From the NCBI RefSeq assembly GCF_009914755.1, contig NC_060929.1: a stretch of 64,000 nt of DNA, one strand, 5' to 3'. Each line of letters starts with the position of its first letter. Within the stretch, counting starts at the first letter, position 1. Positions 38,042 to 52,989 of this stretch are shown here, in pieces. The notes below the pieces were generated by a model. It was not told the DNA's origin and made no database searches. It saw only the letters and a program-made list of their open reading frames with translations. A program made the position numbers and the translations under genes. The DNA is from the human T2T-CHM13v2.0 reference genome, Homo sapiens.

Positions 38042-41000
38042 GTGCAATTGGCAAGTGGAGATTTCAAGCGCTTTAAGGTCAATGGCAGAAAAGGAAATAT
38101 CTTCGTTTCAAAACTAGACAGAATCATTCCCACAAACTGCGCTGTGATGTGTTCGTTCATCTCACAGAGTTTAACCTTTCTTTTCATAGAGCAGTTAGGA
38201 AACACTCTGTTTGTAAATTCTGTAAGTGGATATTCTGACATCTTGTGGCCTTCGTTGGAAACCGGATTTCTTCATATTCTGCTAGACAGAAGAATTCTCA
38301 GAATCTTCCTTGTGTTGTGTGTATTCAACTCACACAGTTGAACGATGGTTTACACAGAGCAGATTTGAAACACTCTTTTTGTGGAATTTGCAAGTGGAGA
38401 TTTCAGCCGCTTTGAGGTCAATGGTAGAAAAGGAAATATCTTCGTATAAAAACTAGACAGAATGATTCTCAGAAACTTCTTTGTGATGTGTGCGTTCAAC
38501 TCACAGAGTTTAACCTTTCTTTTCATAGAGCAGTTAGGAAACACTCTGTTTGTAAACTCTGCAAGTGGATATTCAGACCTCTTTGAGGCCTTCGTTGGAA
38601 ACGGGATTTCTTCATACTGTGCTAGACAGAAGAATTCTCAGTAACTTCCTTGTGTTGTGTGTATTCAACTCACAGAGTTGAACGATCCTTTACACAGAGC
38701 AGACTTGAAACACTCTTTTTGTGGAATTTGCAAGTGGAGATTTCAGCCGCGTTGAGGTCAATGGTAGAAAAGGAAATATCTTCGTATAAAAACTAGACAG
38801 AATGATTCTCAGAAACTCCTTTGAGATGTGTGTGTTCAACTCACAGAGTTTAACCTTTCTTTTCATAGAGCAGTTAGGAATCACTCTGTTTGTAAAGTCT
38901 GCAAGTGGATATTCAGACCTCTTTGAGGCCTTCGTTGGAAACGGGTTTTTTTCATATAAGGCTAGACAGAAGAATTCCCAGTAACTTCCTTGTGTTGTGT
39001 GTGTTCAACTCACAGAGTTGAACTTTCATTTACACAGAGCAGATTTGAAACACTCTTTTTGTGGAATTTGCAAATGGAGATTTCAAGCGCTTTGAGGCCA
39101 AAGGCAGAAAAGGAAATATCTTCGTATAAAAACTAGACAGAATCATTCTCAGAAACTGCTCTGCGATGTGTGCGTTCAACTCTCAGAGTTTAACTTTGCT
39201 TTTCATTCAGCAGTTTGGAAACACTCTGTTTGTAAAGTCTGCACGTGGATAATTTGACCACTTAGAGGCCTTCGTTGGAAACGGGTTTTTTTCATGTAAG
39301 GCTAGACAGAAGAATTCTCAGTAACTTCCTTGTGTTGTGTGTATTCAACTCACACAGTTGAACGATCCTTTACACAGAGCAGACTTGTAACACTCTTTTT
39401 GTGGAATTTGCAAGTGGAGATTTCAGCCGCTTTGAAGTCAAATGTAGAAAAGGAAATATCTTCCTATAAAAACTAGACAGAATGATTCTCAGAAACTCCT
39501 TTGTGATGTGTGCGTTCAACTCACAGAGTTTAACCTTTCTTTTCATAGAGCAGTTAGGAAACACTCTGTTTGTAAAGTCTGCAAGTGGATATTCAGACCT
39601 CTTTGAGGCCTTCGTTGGAAACGGGTTTTTTTCATATAAGGCTAGACAGAAGAATTCCCAGTAACTTCCTTGTGTTGTGTGTGTTCAACTCACAGAGTTG
39701 AACTTTCATTTACACAGAGCAGATTTGAAACACTCTTTTTGTGGAATTTGCAAGTGGAGATTTCAAGCGCTTTGAGGCCAAAGGCAGAAAAGGAAATATC
39801 TTCGTATAAAAACTAGACAGAATCATTCTCAGAAACTGCTCTGTGATGTGTGCGTTCAACTCTCAGAGTTTAACTTTTCTTTTCATTCAGCAGTTTGGAA
39901 ACACTCTGTTTGTAAAGTCTGCACGTGGATAATTTGACCACTTAGAGGCCTTCGTTGGAAACGGGTTTTTTTCATGTAAGGCTAGACAGAAGAGTTCTCA
40001 GTAACTTCCTTGTGTTGTGTGTATTCAACTCACAGAGTTGAACGGTCCTTTACACAGAGCAGACTTGTAACACTCTTTTTGTGGAATTTGCAAGTGGAGA
40101 TTTCAGCCGCTTTGAAGTCAAAGTAGAAAAGGAAATATCTTCCTATAAAAACTAGACAGAATGATTCTCAGAAACTCCTTTGTGATGTGTGCGTTCAACT
40201 CACAGAGTTTAACCTTTCTTTTCATAGAGCAGTTAGGAAACACTCTGTTTGTAAAGTCTGCAAGTGGATATTCAGACCTCTTTGAGGCCTTCGTTGGAAA
40301 CGGGTTTTTTTCATATAAGGCTAGACAGAAGAATTCCCAGTAACTTCCTTGTGTTGTGTGTGTTCAACTCACAGAGTTGAACTTTCATTTACACAGAGCA
40401 GATTTGAAACACTCTTTTTGTGGAATTTGCAGGTGGAGATTTCAAGCGCTTTGAGGCCAAAGGCAGAAAAGGAAATATCTTCGTATAAAAACTAGACAGA
40501 ATCATTCTCAGAAACTGCTCTGCGATGTGTGCGTTCAACTCTCAGAGTTTAACTTTTCTTTTCATTCAGCAGTTTGGAAACACTCTGTTTGTAAAGTCTG
40601 CACGTGGATAATTTGACCACTTAGAGGCCTTCGTTGGAAACGGGTTTTTTTCATGGAAGGCTAGACAGAAGAATTCTCAGTAACTTCCTTGTGTTGTGTG
40701 TATTCAACTCACAGAGTTGAACGATCCTTTACACAGAGCAGACTTGTAACACTCTTTTTGTGGAATTTGCAAGTGGAGATTTCAGCCGCTTTGAAGTCAA
40801 AGGTAGAAAAGGAAATATCTTCCTATAAAAACTAGACAGAATGATTCTCAGAAACTCCTTTGTGATGTGTGCGTTCAACTCACAGAGTTTAACCTTTCTT
40901 TTCATAGAGCAGTTAGGAAACACTCTGCTTGTAAAGTCTGCAAGTGGATATTCAGCCCTCTTTGAGGCCTTCGTTGGAAACGGGTTTTTTTCATATAAGG

Positions 41001-41439
41001 CTAGACAGAAGAATTCCCAGTAACTTCCTTGTGTTGTGTGTGTTCAACTCACAGAGTTGAACTTTCATTTACACAGAGCAGATTTGAAACACTCTTTTTG
41101 TGGAATTTGCAAGTGGAGATTTCAAGCGCTTTGAGGCCAAAGGCAGAAAAGGAAATATCTTCGTATAAAAACTAGACAGAATCATTCTCAGAAACTGCTC
41201 TGCGATGTGTGCGTTCAACTCTCAGAGTTTAACTTTTCTTTTCATTCAGCAGTTTGGAAACACTCTGTTTGTAAAGTCTGCACGTGGATATTTTGACCAC
41301 TTAGAGGCCTTCGTTGGAAACGGGTTTTTTTCCTGTAAGGCTAGACAGAAGAATTCCCAGTAACTTCCTTGTGTTGTGTACATTCAACTCACAGAGTTGA
41401 ACGTTCCCTTAGACAGAGCAGATTTGAAACACTCTTTTT
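38042..41439 (+). repeat. HOR unit 13, 20-mer
   Basis: X-marker spacing 3398 bp. Confidence 0.9.
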
Positions 41440-44156
41440 GTGCAATTGGCAAGTGGAGATTTCAAGCGCTTTGAGGTCAATGGCAGAAAAGGAAATATCT
41501 TCGTTTCAAAACTAGACAGAATCATTCCCACAAACTGCGTTGTGATGTGTTCGTTCAACACACAGAGTTTAACCTTTCTTTTCATAGAGCAGTTAGGAAA
41601 CAGTCTGTTTGAAAATTCTGTAAGTGGATATTCTGACATCTTGTGGCCTTCGTTGGAAACGGGATTTCTTCATATTCTGCTAGACAGAAGAATTCTCAGA
41701 ATCTTCCTTGTGTTGTGTGTATTCAACTCACAGAGTTGAACGATGGTTTACACAGAGCAGATTTGAAACACTCATTTGGTGGAATTTGCAAGTGGAGATT
41801 TCAGCCGCTTTGAGGTCAATGGTAGAAAAGGAAATATCTTCGTATAACAACTAGACAGAATGATTCTCAGAAACTTCTTTGTGATGTGTGTGTTCAACTC
41901 ACAGAGTTTAACCTTTCTTTTCATAGAGCAGTTAGGAAACACTGTGTTTTTAAACTCTGCAAGTGGATATTCAGACCTCTTTGAGGCCTTCGTTGGAAAC
42001 GGGTTTCTTCATACTGTGCTAGACAGAAGAATTCTCAGTAACTTCCTTGTGTTGTGTGTATTCAACTCACAGAGTTGAACGATCCTTTACACAGAGCAGA
42101 CTTGAAACACTCTTTTTGTGGAATTTGCAAGTGGAGATTTCAGCCGCGTTGAGGTCAATGGTAGAAAAGGAAATATCTTCGTATAAAAACTAGACAGAAT
42201 GATTCTCAGAAACTCCTTTGAGATGTGTGTGTTCAACTCACAGAGTTTAACCTTTCTTTTCATAGAGCAGTTAGGAATCACTCTGTTTGTAAAGTCTGCA
42301 AGTGGATATTCAGACCTCTTTGAGGCCTTCGTTGGAAACGGGTTTTTTTCATATAAGGCTAGACAGAAGAATTCCCAGTAACTTCCTTGTGTTGTGTGTG
42401 TTCAACTCACAGAGTTGAACTTTCATTTACACAGAGCAGATTTGAAACACTCTTTTTGTGGAATTTGCAATTGGAGATTTCAAGCGCTTTGAGGCCAAAG
42501 GCAGAAAAGGAAATATCTTCGTATAAAAACTAGACAGAATCATTCTCAGAAACTGCTCTGTGATGTGTGCGTTCAACTCTCAGAGTTTAACTTTTCTTTT
42601 CATTCAGCAGTTTGGAAACACTCTGTTTGTAAAGTCTGCACGTGGATAATTTGACCACTTAGAGGCCTTCGTTGGAAACGGGTTTTTTTCATGTAAGGCT
42701 AGACAGAAGAGTTCTCAGTAACTTCCTTGTGTTGTGTGTATTCAACTCACAGAGTTGAACGATCCTTTACACAGAGCAGACTTGTAACACTCTTTTTGTG
42801 GAATTTGCAAGTGGAGATTTCAGCCGCTTTGAAGTCAAAGTAGAAAAGGAAATATCTTCGTATAAAAACTAGACAGAATGATTCTCAGAAACTCCTTTGT
42901 GATGTGTGCGTTCAACTCACAGAGTTTAACCTTTCTTTTCATAGAGCAGTTAGGAAACACTCTGTTTGTAAAGTCTGCAAGTGGATATTCAGACCTCTTT
43001 GAGGCCTTCGTTGGAAACGGGTTTTTTTCATATAAGGCTAGACAGAAGAATTCCCAGTAACTTCCTTGTGTTGTGTGTGTTCAACTCACAGAGTTGAACT
43101 TTCATTTACACAGAGCAGATTTGAAACACTCTTTTTGTGGAATTTGCAGGTGGAGATTTCAAGCGCTTTGAGGCCAAAGGCAGAAAAGGAAATATCTTCG
43201 TATAAAAACTAGACAGAATCATTCTCAGAAACTGCTCTGCGATGTGTGCGTTCAACTCTCAGAGTTTAACTTTTCTTTTCATTCAGCAGTTTGGAAACAC
43301 TCTGTTTGTAAAGTCTGCACGTGGATAATTTGACCACTTAGAGGCCTTCGTTGGAAACGGGTTTTTTTCATGTAAGGCTAGACAGAAGAATTCTCAGTAA
43401 CTTCCTTGTGTTGTGTGTATTCAACTCACAGAGTTGAACGATCCTTTACACAGAGCAGACTTGTAACACTCTTTTTGTGGAATTTGCAAGTGGAGATTTC
43501 AGCCGCTTTGAAGTCAAAGGTAGAAAAGGAAATATCTTCCTATAAAAACTAGACAGAATGATTCTCAGAAACTCCTTTGTGATGTGTGCGTTCAACTCAC
43601 AGAGTTTAACCTTTCTTTTCATAGAGCAGTTAGGAAACACTCTGCTTGTAAAGTCTGCAAGTGGATATTCAGCCCTCTTTGAGGCCTTCGTTGGAAACGG
43701 GTTTTTTTCATATAAGGCTAGACAGAAGAATTCCCAGTAACTTCCTTGTGTTGTGTGTGTTCAACTCACAGAGTTGAACTTTGATTTACACAGAGCAGAT
43801 TTGAAACACTCTTTTTGTGGAATTTGCAAGTGGAGATTTCAAGCGCTTTGAGGCCAAAGGCAGAAAAGGAAATATCTTCGTATAAAAACTAGACAGAATC
43901 ATTCTCAGAAACTGCTCTGCGATGTGTGCGTTCAACTCTCAGAGTTTAACTTTTCTTTTCATTCAGCAGTTTGGAAACACTCTGTTTGTAAAGTCTGCAC
44001 GTGGATATTTTGACCACTTAGAGGCCTTCGTTGGAAACGGGTTTTTTTCCTGTAAGGCTAGACAGAAGAATTCCCAGTAACTTCCTTGTGTTGTGTACAT
44101 TCAACTCACAGAGTTGAACGTTCCCTTAGACAGAGCAGATTTGAAACACTCTTTTT
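41440..44156 (+). repeat. HOR unit 14, 16-mer X-Y-A1-B2-A3-B3-A4-B4
   Basis: X-marker spacing 2717 bp. Confidence 0.9.
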
Positions 44157-46194
44157 GTGCAATTGGCAAGTGGAGATTTCAAGCGCTTTAAGGTCAATGG
44201 CAGAAAAGGAAATATCTTCGTTTCAAAACTAGACAGAATCATTCCCACAAACTGCGCTGTGATGTGTTCGTTCATCTCACAGAGTTTAACCTTTCTTTTC
44301 ATAGAGCAGTTAGGAAACACTCTGTTTGTAAATTCTGTAAGTGGATATTCTGACATCTTGTGGCCTTCGTTGGAAACGGGATTTCTTCATATTCTGCTAG
44401 ACAGAAGAATTCTCAGAATCTTCCTTGTGTTGTGTGTATTCAACTCACACAGTTGAACGATGGTTTACACAGAGCAGATTTGAAACACTCTTTTTGTGGA
44501 ATTTGCAAGTGGAGATTTCAGCCGCTTTGAGGTCAATGGTAGAAAAGGAAATATCTTCGTATAAAAACTAGACAGAATGATTCTCAGAAACTTCTTTGTG
44601 ATGTGTGCGTTCAACTCACAGAGTTTAACCTTTCTTTTCATAGAGCAGTTAGGAAACACTCTGTTTGTAAACTCTGCAAGTGGATATTCAGACCTCTTTG
44701 AGGCCTTCGTTGGAAACGGGATTTCTTCATACTGTGCTAGACAGAAGAATTCTCAGTAACTTCCTTGTGTTGTGTGTATTCAACTCACAGAGTTGAACGA
44801 TCCTTTACACAGAGCAGACTTGAAACACTCTTTTTGTGGAATTTGCAAGTGGAGATTTCAGCCGCGTTGAGGTCAATGGTAGAAAAGGAAATATCTTCGT
44901 ATAAAAACTAGACAGAATGATTCTCAGAAACTCCTTTGAGATGTGTGTGTTCAACTCACAGAGTTTAACCTTTCTTTTCATAGAGCAGTTAGGAATCACT
45001 CTGTTTGTAAAGTCTGCAAGTGGATATTCAGACCTCTTTGAGGCCTTCGTTGGAAACGGGTTTTTTTCATATAAGGCTAGACAGAAGAATTCCCAGTAAC
45101 TTCCTTGTGTTGTGTGTGTTCAACTCACAGAGTTGAACTTTCATTTACACAGAGCAGATTTGAAACACTCTTTTTGTGGAATTTGCAAATGGAGATTTCA
45201 AGCGCTTTGAGGCCAAAGGCAGAAAAGGAAATATCTTCGTATAAAAACTAGACAGAATCATTCTCAGAAACTGCTCTGCGATGTGTGCGTTCAACTCTCA
45301 GAGTTTTACTTTGCTTTTCATTCAGCAGTTTGGAAACACTCTGTTTGTAAAGTCTGCACGTGGATAATTTGACCACTTAGAGGCCTTCGTTGGAAACGGG
45401 TTTTTTTCATGTAAGGCTAGACAGAAGAATTCTCAGTAACTTCCTTGTGTTGTGTGTATTCAACTCACAGAGTTGAACGATCCTTTACACAGAGCAGACT
45501 TGTAACACTCTTTTTGTGGAATTTGCAAGTGGAGATTTCAGCCGCTTTGAAGTCAAAGTAGAAAAGGAAATATCTTCCTATAAAAACTAGACAGAATGAT
45601 TCTCAGAAACTCCTTTGTGATGTGTGCGTTCAACTCACAGAGTTTAACCTTTCTTTTCATAGAGCAGTTAGGAAACACTCTGTTTGTAAAGTCTGCAAGT
45701 GGATATTCAGACCTCTTTGAGGCCTTCGTTGGAAACGGGTTTTTTTCATATAAGGCTAGACAGAAGAATTCCCAGTAACTTCCTTGTGTTGTGTGTGTTC
45801 AACTCACAGAGTTGAACTTTCATTTACACAGAGCAGATTTGAAACACTCTTTTTGTGGAATTTGCAGGTGGAGATTTCAAGCGCTTTGAGGCCAAAGGCA
45901 GAAAAGGAAATATCTTCGTATAAAAACTAGACAGAATCATTCTCAGAAACTGCTCTGCGATGTGTGCGTTCAACTCTCAGAGTTTAACTTTTCTTTTCAT
46001 TCAGCAGTTTGGAAACACTCTGTTTGTAAAGTCTGCACGTGGATATTTTGACCACTTAGAGGCCTTCGTTGGAAACGGGTTTTTTTCCTGTAAGGCTAGA
46101 CAGAAGAATTCCCAGTAACTTCCTTGTGTTGTGTACATTCAACTCACAGAGTTGAACGTTCCCTTAGACAGAGCAGATTTGAAACACACTTTTT
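44157..46194 (+). repeat. HOR unit 15, 12-mer X-Y-A1-B1-A3-B3/B4 hybrid
   Basis: X-marker spacing 2038 bp; the last B dimer has GCAGGTGG (B3) followed by GATATTTT/TTCCTGT (B4). Confidence 0.9.
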
Positions 46195-49100
46195 GTGCAA
46201 TTGGCAAGTGGAGATTTCAAGCGCTTTAAGGTCAATGGCAGAAAAGCAAATATCTTCGTTTCAAAACTAGACAGAATCATTCCCACAAACTGCGTTGTGA
46301 TGTGTTCGTTCATCTCACAGAGTTTAACCTTTCTTTTCATAGAGCAGTTAGGAAACACTCTGTTTGTAAATTCTGTAAGTGGATATTCTGACATCTTGTG
46401 GCCTTCGTTGGAAACGGGATTTCTTCATATTCTGCTAGACAGAAGAATTCTCAGAATCTTCCTTGTGTTGTGTGTATTCAACTCACACAGTTGAACGATG
46501 GTTTACACAGAGCAGATTTGAAACACTCTTTTTGTGGAATTTCCAAGTGGAGATTTCAGCCGCTTTGAGGTCAATGGTAGAAAAGGAAATATCTTCGTAT
46601 AAAAACTAGACAGAATGATTCTCAGAAACTTCTTTGTGATGTGTGCGTTCAACTCACAGAGTTTAACCTTTCTTTTCATAGAGCAGTTAGGAAACACTCT
46701 GTTTGTAAACTCTGCAAGTGGATATTCAGACCTCTTTGAGGCCTTCGTTGGAAACGGGATTTCTTCATACTGTGCTAGACAGAAGAATTCTCAGTAACTT
46801 CCTTGTGTTGTGTGTATTCAACTCACAGAGTTGAACGATCCTTTACACAGAGCAGACTTGAAACACTCTTTTTGTGGAATTTGCAAGTGGAGATTTCAGC
46901 CGCGTTGAGGTCAATGGTAGAAAAGGAAATATCTTCCTATAAAAACTAGACAGAATGATTCTCAGAAACTCCTTTGAGATGTGTGTGTTCAACTCACAGA
47001 GTTTAACCTTTCTTTTCATAGAGCAGTTAGGAATCACTCTGTTTGTAAAGTCTGCAAGTGGATATTCAGACCTCTTTGAGGCCTTCGTTGGAAACGGGTT
47101 TTTTTCATATAAGGCTAGACAGAAGAATTCCCAGTAACTTCCTTGTGTTGTGTGTGTTCAACTCACAGAGTTGAACTTTCATTTACACAGAGCAGATTTG
47201 AAACACTCTTTTTGTGGAATTTGCAAATGGAGATTACAAGCGCTTTGAGGCCAAAGGCAGAAAAGGAAATATCTTCGTATAAAAACTAGACAGAATCATT
47301 CTCAGAAACTGCTCTGCGATGTGTGCGTTCAACTCTCAGAGTTTAACTTTGCTTTTCATTCAGCAGTTTGGAAACACTCTGTTTGTAAAGTCTGCACGTC
47401 GATAATTTGACCACTTAGAGGCCTTCGTTGGAAACGGGTTTTTTTCATGTAAGGCTAGACAGAAGAATTCTCAGTAACTTCCTTGTGTTGTGTGTATTCA
47501 ACTCACAGAGTTGAACGATCCTTTACACAGAGCAGACTTGTAACACTCTTTTTGTGGAATTTGCAAGTGGAGATTTCAGCCGCTTTGAAGTCAAAGGTAG
47601 AAAAGGAAATATCTTCCTATAAAAACTACACAGAATTATTCTCAGAAACTCCTTTGTGATGTGTGCGTTCAACTCACAGAGTTTAACCTTTCTTTTCATA
47701 GAGGAGTTAGGAAACACTCTGTTTGTAAAGTCTGCAAGTGGATATTCAGCCCTCTTTGAGGCCTTCGTTGGAAACGGGTTTTTTTCATATAAGGCTAGAC
47801 GGAAGAATTCCCAGTAACTTCCTTGTGTTGTGTGTGTTCAACTCACAGAGTTGAACTTTCATTTACACAGAGCAGATTTGAAACACTCTTTTTGTGGAAT
47901 TTGCAATTGGAGATTTCAAGCGCTTTGAGGCCAAAGGCAGAAAAGGAAATATCTTCGTATAAAAACTAGACAGAATCATTCTCAGAAACTGCTCTGTGAT
48001 GTGTTCGTTCAACTCTCAGAGTTTAACTTTTCTTTTCATTCAGCAGTTTGGAAACACTCTGTTTGTAAAGTCTGCACGTGGATAATTTGACCACTTAGAG
48101 GCCTTCATTGGAAACGGGTTTTTTTCATGTAAGGCTAGACAGAAGAGTTCTCAGTAACTTCCTTGTGTTGTGTGTATTCAACTCACACAGTTGAACGATC
48201 CTTTACAGAGAGCAGACTTGTAACACTCTTTTTGTGGAATTTGCAAGTGGAGATTTCAGCCGCTTTGAAGTCAAAGTAGAAAAGGAAATATCTGCCTATA
48301 AAAACTAGACAGAATGATTCTCAGAAACTCCTTTGTGATGTGTGCGTTCAACTCACAGAGTTTAACCTTTCTTTTCATAGAGCAGTTAGGAAACACTCTG
48401 TTTGTAAAGTCTGCAAGTGGATATTCAGACCTCTTTGAGGCCTTCGTTGGAAACGGGTTTTTTTCATATAAGGCTAGACAGAAGAATTCCCAGTAACTTC
48501 CTTGTGTTGTGTGTGTTCAACTCACAGAGTTGAACTTTCATTTACACAGAGCAGATTTGAAACACTCTTTTTGTGGAATTTGCAGGTGGAGATTTCAAGC
48601 GCTTTGAGGCCAAAGGCAGAAAAGGAAATATCTTCGTATAAAAACTAGACAGAATCATTCTCAGAAACTGCTCTGCGATGTGTGCGTTCAACTCTCAGAG
48701 TTTAACTTTTCTTTTCATTCAGCAGTTTGGAAACACTCTGTTTGTAAAGTCTTCACGTGGATAATTTGACCACTTAGAGGCCTTCGTTGGAAACGGGTTT
48801 TTTTCATGTAAGGCTAGACAGAAGAATTCTCAGTAACTTCCTTGTGTTGTGTGTATTCAACTCACAGAGTTGAACGATCCTTTACACAGAGCAGACTTGT
48901 AACACTCTTTTTGTGGAATTTGCAAGTGGAGATTTCAGCCGCTTTGAAGTCAAAGGTAGAAAAGGAAATATCTTCCTATAAAAACTAGACAGAATGATTC
49001 TCAGAAACTCCTTTGTGATGTGTGCGTTCAACTCACAGAGTTTAACCTTTCTTTTCATAGAGCAGTTAGGAAACACTCTGCTTGTAAAGTCTGCAAGTGG

Positions 49101-49592
49101 ATATTCAGCCCTCTTTGAGGCCTTCGTTGGAAACGGGTTTTTTTCATATAAGGCTAGACAGAAGAATTCCCAGTAACTTCCTTGTGTTGTGTGTGTTCAA
49201 CTCACAGAGTTGAACTTTGATTTACACAGAGCAGATTTGAAACACTCTTTTTGTGGAATTTGCAAGTGGAGATTTCAAGCGCTTTGAGGCCAAAGGCAGA
49301 AAAGGAAATATCTTCGTATAAAAACTAGACAGAATCATTCTCAGAAACTGCTCTGCGATGTGTGCGTTCAACTCTCAGAGTTTAACTTTTCTTTTCATTC
49401 AGCAGTTTGGAAACACTCTGTTTGTAAAGTCTGCACGTGGATATTTTGACCACTTAGAGGCCTTCGTTGGAAACGGGTTTTTTTCCTGTAAGGCTAGACA
49501 GAAGAATTCCCAGTAACTTCCTTGTGTTGTGTACATTCAACTCACAGAGTTGAACGTTCCCTTAGACAGAGCAGATTTGAAACACTCTTTTT
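46195..49592 (+). repeat. HOR unit 16, 20-mer
   Basis: X-marker spacing 3398 bp. Confidence 0.9.
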
Positions 49593-52500
49593 GTGCAATT
49601 GGCAAGTGGAGATTTCAAGCGCTTTGAGGTCAATGGCAGAAAAGGAAATATCTTCGTTTCAAAACTAGACAGAATCATTCCCACAAACTGCGTTGTGATG
49701 TGTTCGTTCAACTCACAGAGTTTAACCTTTCTTTTCATAGAGCAGTTAGGAAACAGTCTGTTTGAAAATTCTGTAAGGGGATATTCTGACATCTTGTGGC
49801 CTTCGTTGGAAACGGGATTTCTTCATATTCTGCTAGACAGAAGAATTCTCAGAATCTTCCTTGTGTTGTGTGTATTCAACTCACAGAGTTGAACGATAGT
49901 TTACACAGAGCAGATTTGAAACACTCATTTGGTGGAATTTGCAAGTGGAGATTTCAGCCGCTTTGAGGTCAATGGTAGAAAAGGAAATATCTTCGTATAA
50001 CAACTAGACAGAATGATTCTCAGAAACTTCTTTGTGATGTGTGTGTTCAACTCACAGAGTTTAACCTTTCTTTTCATAGAGCAGTTAGGAAACACTGTAT
50101 TTTTAAACTCTGCAAGTGGATATTCAGACCTCTTTGAGGCCTTCGTTGGAAACGGGTTTCTTCATACTGTGCTAGACAGAAGAATTCTCAGTAACTTCCT
50201 TGTGTTGTGTGTATTCAACTCACAGAGTTGAACGATCCTTTACACAGAGCAGACTTGAAACACTCTTTTTGTGGAATTTGCAAGTGGAGATTTCAGCCGC
50301 GTTGAGGTCAATGGTAGAAAAGGAAATATCTTCGTATAAAAACTAGACAGAATGATTCTCAGAAACTCCTTTGAGATGTGTGTGTTCAACTCACAGAGTT
50401 TAACCTTTCTTTTCATAGAGCAGTTAGGAATCACTCTGTTTGTAAAGTCTGCAAGTGGATATTCAGACCTCTTTGAGGCCTTCGTTGGAAACGGGTTTTT
50501 TTCATATAAGGCTAGACAGAAGAATTCCCAGTAACTTCCTTGTGTTGTGTGTGTTCAACTCACAGAGTTGAACTTTCATTTACACAGAGCAGATTTGAAA
50601 CACTCTTTTTGTGGAATTTGCAAATGGAGATTTCAAGCGCTTTGAGGCCAAAGGCAGAAAAGGAAATATCTTCGTATAAAAACTAGACAGAATCATTCTC
50701 AGAAACTGCTCTGCGATGTGTGCGTTCAACTCTCAGAGTTTAACTTTGCTTTTCATTCAGCAGTTTGGAAACACTCTGTTTGTAAAGTCTGCACGTGGAT
50801 AATTTGACCACTTAGAGGCCTTCGTTGGAAACGGGTTTTTTTTATGTAAGGCTAGACAGAAGAATTCTCAGTAACTTCCTTGTGTTGTGTGTATTCAACT
50901 CACAGAGTTGAACGATCCTTTACACAGAGCAGACTTGTAACACTCTTTTTGTGGAATTTGCAAGTGGAGATTTCAAGCGCTTTGAGGCCAAAGGTAGAAA
51001 AGGAAATATCTTCCTATAAAAACTACACAGAATGATTCTCAGAAACTCCTTTGTGATGTGTGCGTTCAACTCACAGAGTTTAACCTTTCTTTTCATAGAG
51101 GAGTTAGGAAACACTCTGTTTGTAAAGTCTGCAAGTGGATATTCAGCCCTCTTTGAGGCCTTCGTTGGAAACGGGTTTTTTTCATATAAGGCTAGACAGA
51201 AGAATTCCCAGTAACTTCCTTGTGTTGTGTGTGTTCAACTCACAGAGTTGAACTTTCATTTACACAGAGCAGATTTGAAACACTCTTTTTGTGGAATTTG
51301 CAATTGGAGATTTCAAGCGCTTTGAGGCCAAAGGCAGAAAAGGAAATATCTTCGTATAAAAACTAGACAGAATCATTCTCAGAAACTGCTCTGTGATGTG
51401 TGCGTTCAACTCTCAGAGTTTAACTTTTCTTTTCATTCAGCAGTTTGGAAACACTCTGTTTGTAAAGTCTGCACGTGGATAATTTGACCACTTAGAGGCC
51501 TTCGTTGGAAACGGGTTTTTTTCATGTAAGGCTAGACAGAAGAGTTCTCAGTAACTTCCTTGTGTTGTGTGTATTCAACTCACAGAGTTGAACGATCCTT
51601 TACACAGAGCAGACTTGTAACACTCTTTTTGTGGAATTTGCAAGTGGAGATTTCAGCCGCTTTGAAGTCAAAGTAGAAAAGGAAATATCTTCCTATAAAA
51701 ACTAGACAGAATGATTCTCAGAAACTCCTTTGTGATGTGTGCGTTCAACTCACAGAGTTTAACCTTTCTTTTCATAGAGCAGTTAGGAAACACTCTGTTT
51801 GTAAAGTCTGCAAGTGGATATTCAGACCTCTTTGAGGCCTTCGTTGGAAACGGGTTTTTTTCATATAAGGCTAGACAGAAGAATTCCCAGTAACTTCCTT
51901 GTGTTGTGTGTGTTCAACTCACAGAGTTGAACTTTCATTTACACAGAGCAGATTTGAAACACTCTTTTTGTGGAATTTGCAGGTGGAGATTTCAAGCGCT
52001 TTGAGGCCAAAGGCAGAAAAGGAAATATCTTCGTATAAAAACTAGACAGAATCATTCTCAGAAACTGCTCTGCGATGTGTGCGTTCAACTCTCAGAGTTT
52101 AACTTTTCTTTTCATTCAGCAGTTTGGAAACACTCTGTTTGTAAAGTCTGCACGTGGATAATTTGACCACTTAGAGGCCTTCGTTGGAAACGGGTTTTTT
52201 TCATGTAAGGCTAGACAGAAGAATTCTCAGTAACTTCCTTGTGTTGTGTGTATTCAACTCACAGAGTTGAACGATCCTTTACACAGAGCAGACTTGTAAC
52301 ACTCTTTTTGTGGAATTTGCAAGTGGAGATTTCAGCCACTTTGAAGTCAAAGGTAGAAAAGGAAATATCTTCCTATAAAAACTAGACAGAATGATTCTCA
52401 GAAACTCCTTTGTGATGTGTGCGTTCAACTCACAGAGTTTAACCTTTCTTTTCATAGAGCAGTTAGGAAACACTCTGCTTGTAAAGTCTGCAAGTGGATA

Positions 52501-52989
52501 TTCAGACCTCTTTGAGGCCTTCGTTGGAAACGGGTTTTTTTCATATAAGGCTAGACAGAAGAATTCCCAGTAACTTCCTTGTGTTGTGTGTGTTCAACTC
52601 ACAGAGTTGAACTTTCATTTACACAGAGCAGATTTGAAACACTCTTTTTGTGGAATTTGCAAGTGGAGATTTCAAGCGCTTTGAGGCCAAAGGCAGAAAA
52701 GGAAATATCTTCGTATAAAAACTAGACAGAATCATTCTCAGAAACTGCTCTGCGATGTGTGCGTTCAACTCTCAGAGTTTAACTTTTCTTTTCATTCAGC
52801 AGTTTGGAAACACTCTGTTTGTAAAGTCTGCACGTGGATATTTTGACCACTTAGAGGCCTTCGTTGGAAACGGGTTTTTTTCCTGTAAGGCTAGACAGAA
52901 GAATTCCCAGTAACTTCCTTGTGTTGTGTACATTCAACTCACAGAGTTGAACGTTCCCTTAGACAGAGCAGATTTGAAACACTCTTTTT
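49593..52989 (+). repeat. HOR unit 17, 20-mer
   Basis: X-marker spacing 3397 bp. Confidence 0.9.

Noticed and set aside
6114-40772. Strict 14,271-bp (84-monomer) super-period (6114 to 20385, 8832 to 23103, 12230 to 26501)
   Set aside because: Five units of 12-20 monomers easily sum to 84. The paired units differ in haplotype except 8832/23103. Only the 44157/58428 pairing is supported by several rare shared variants.
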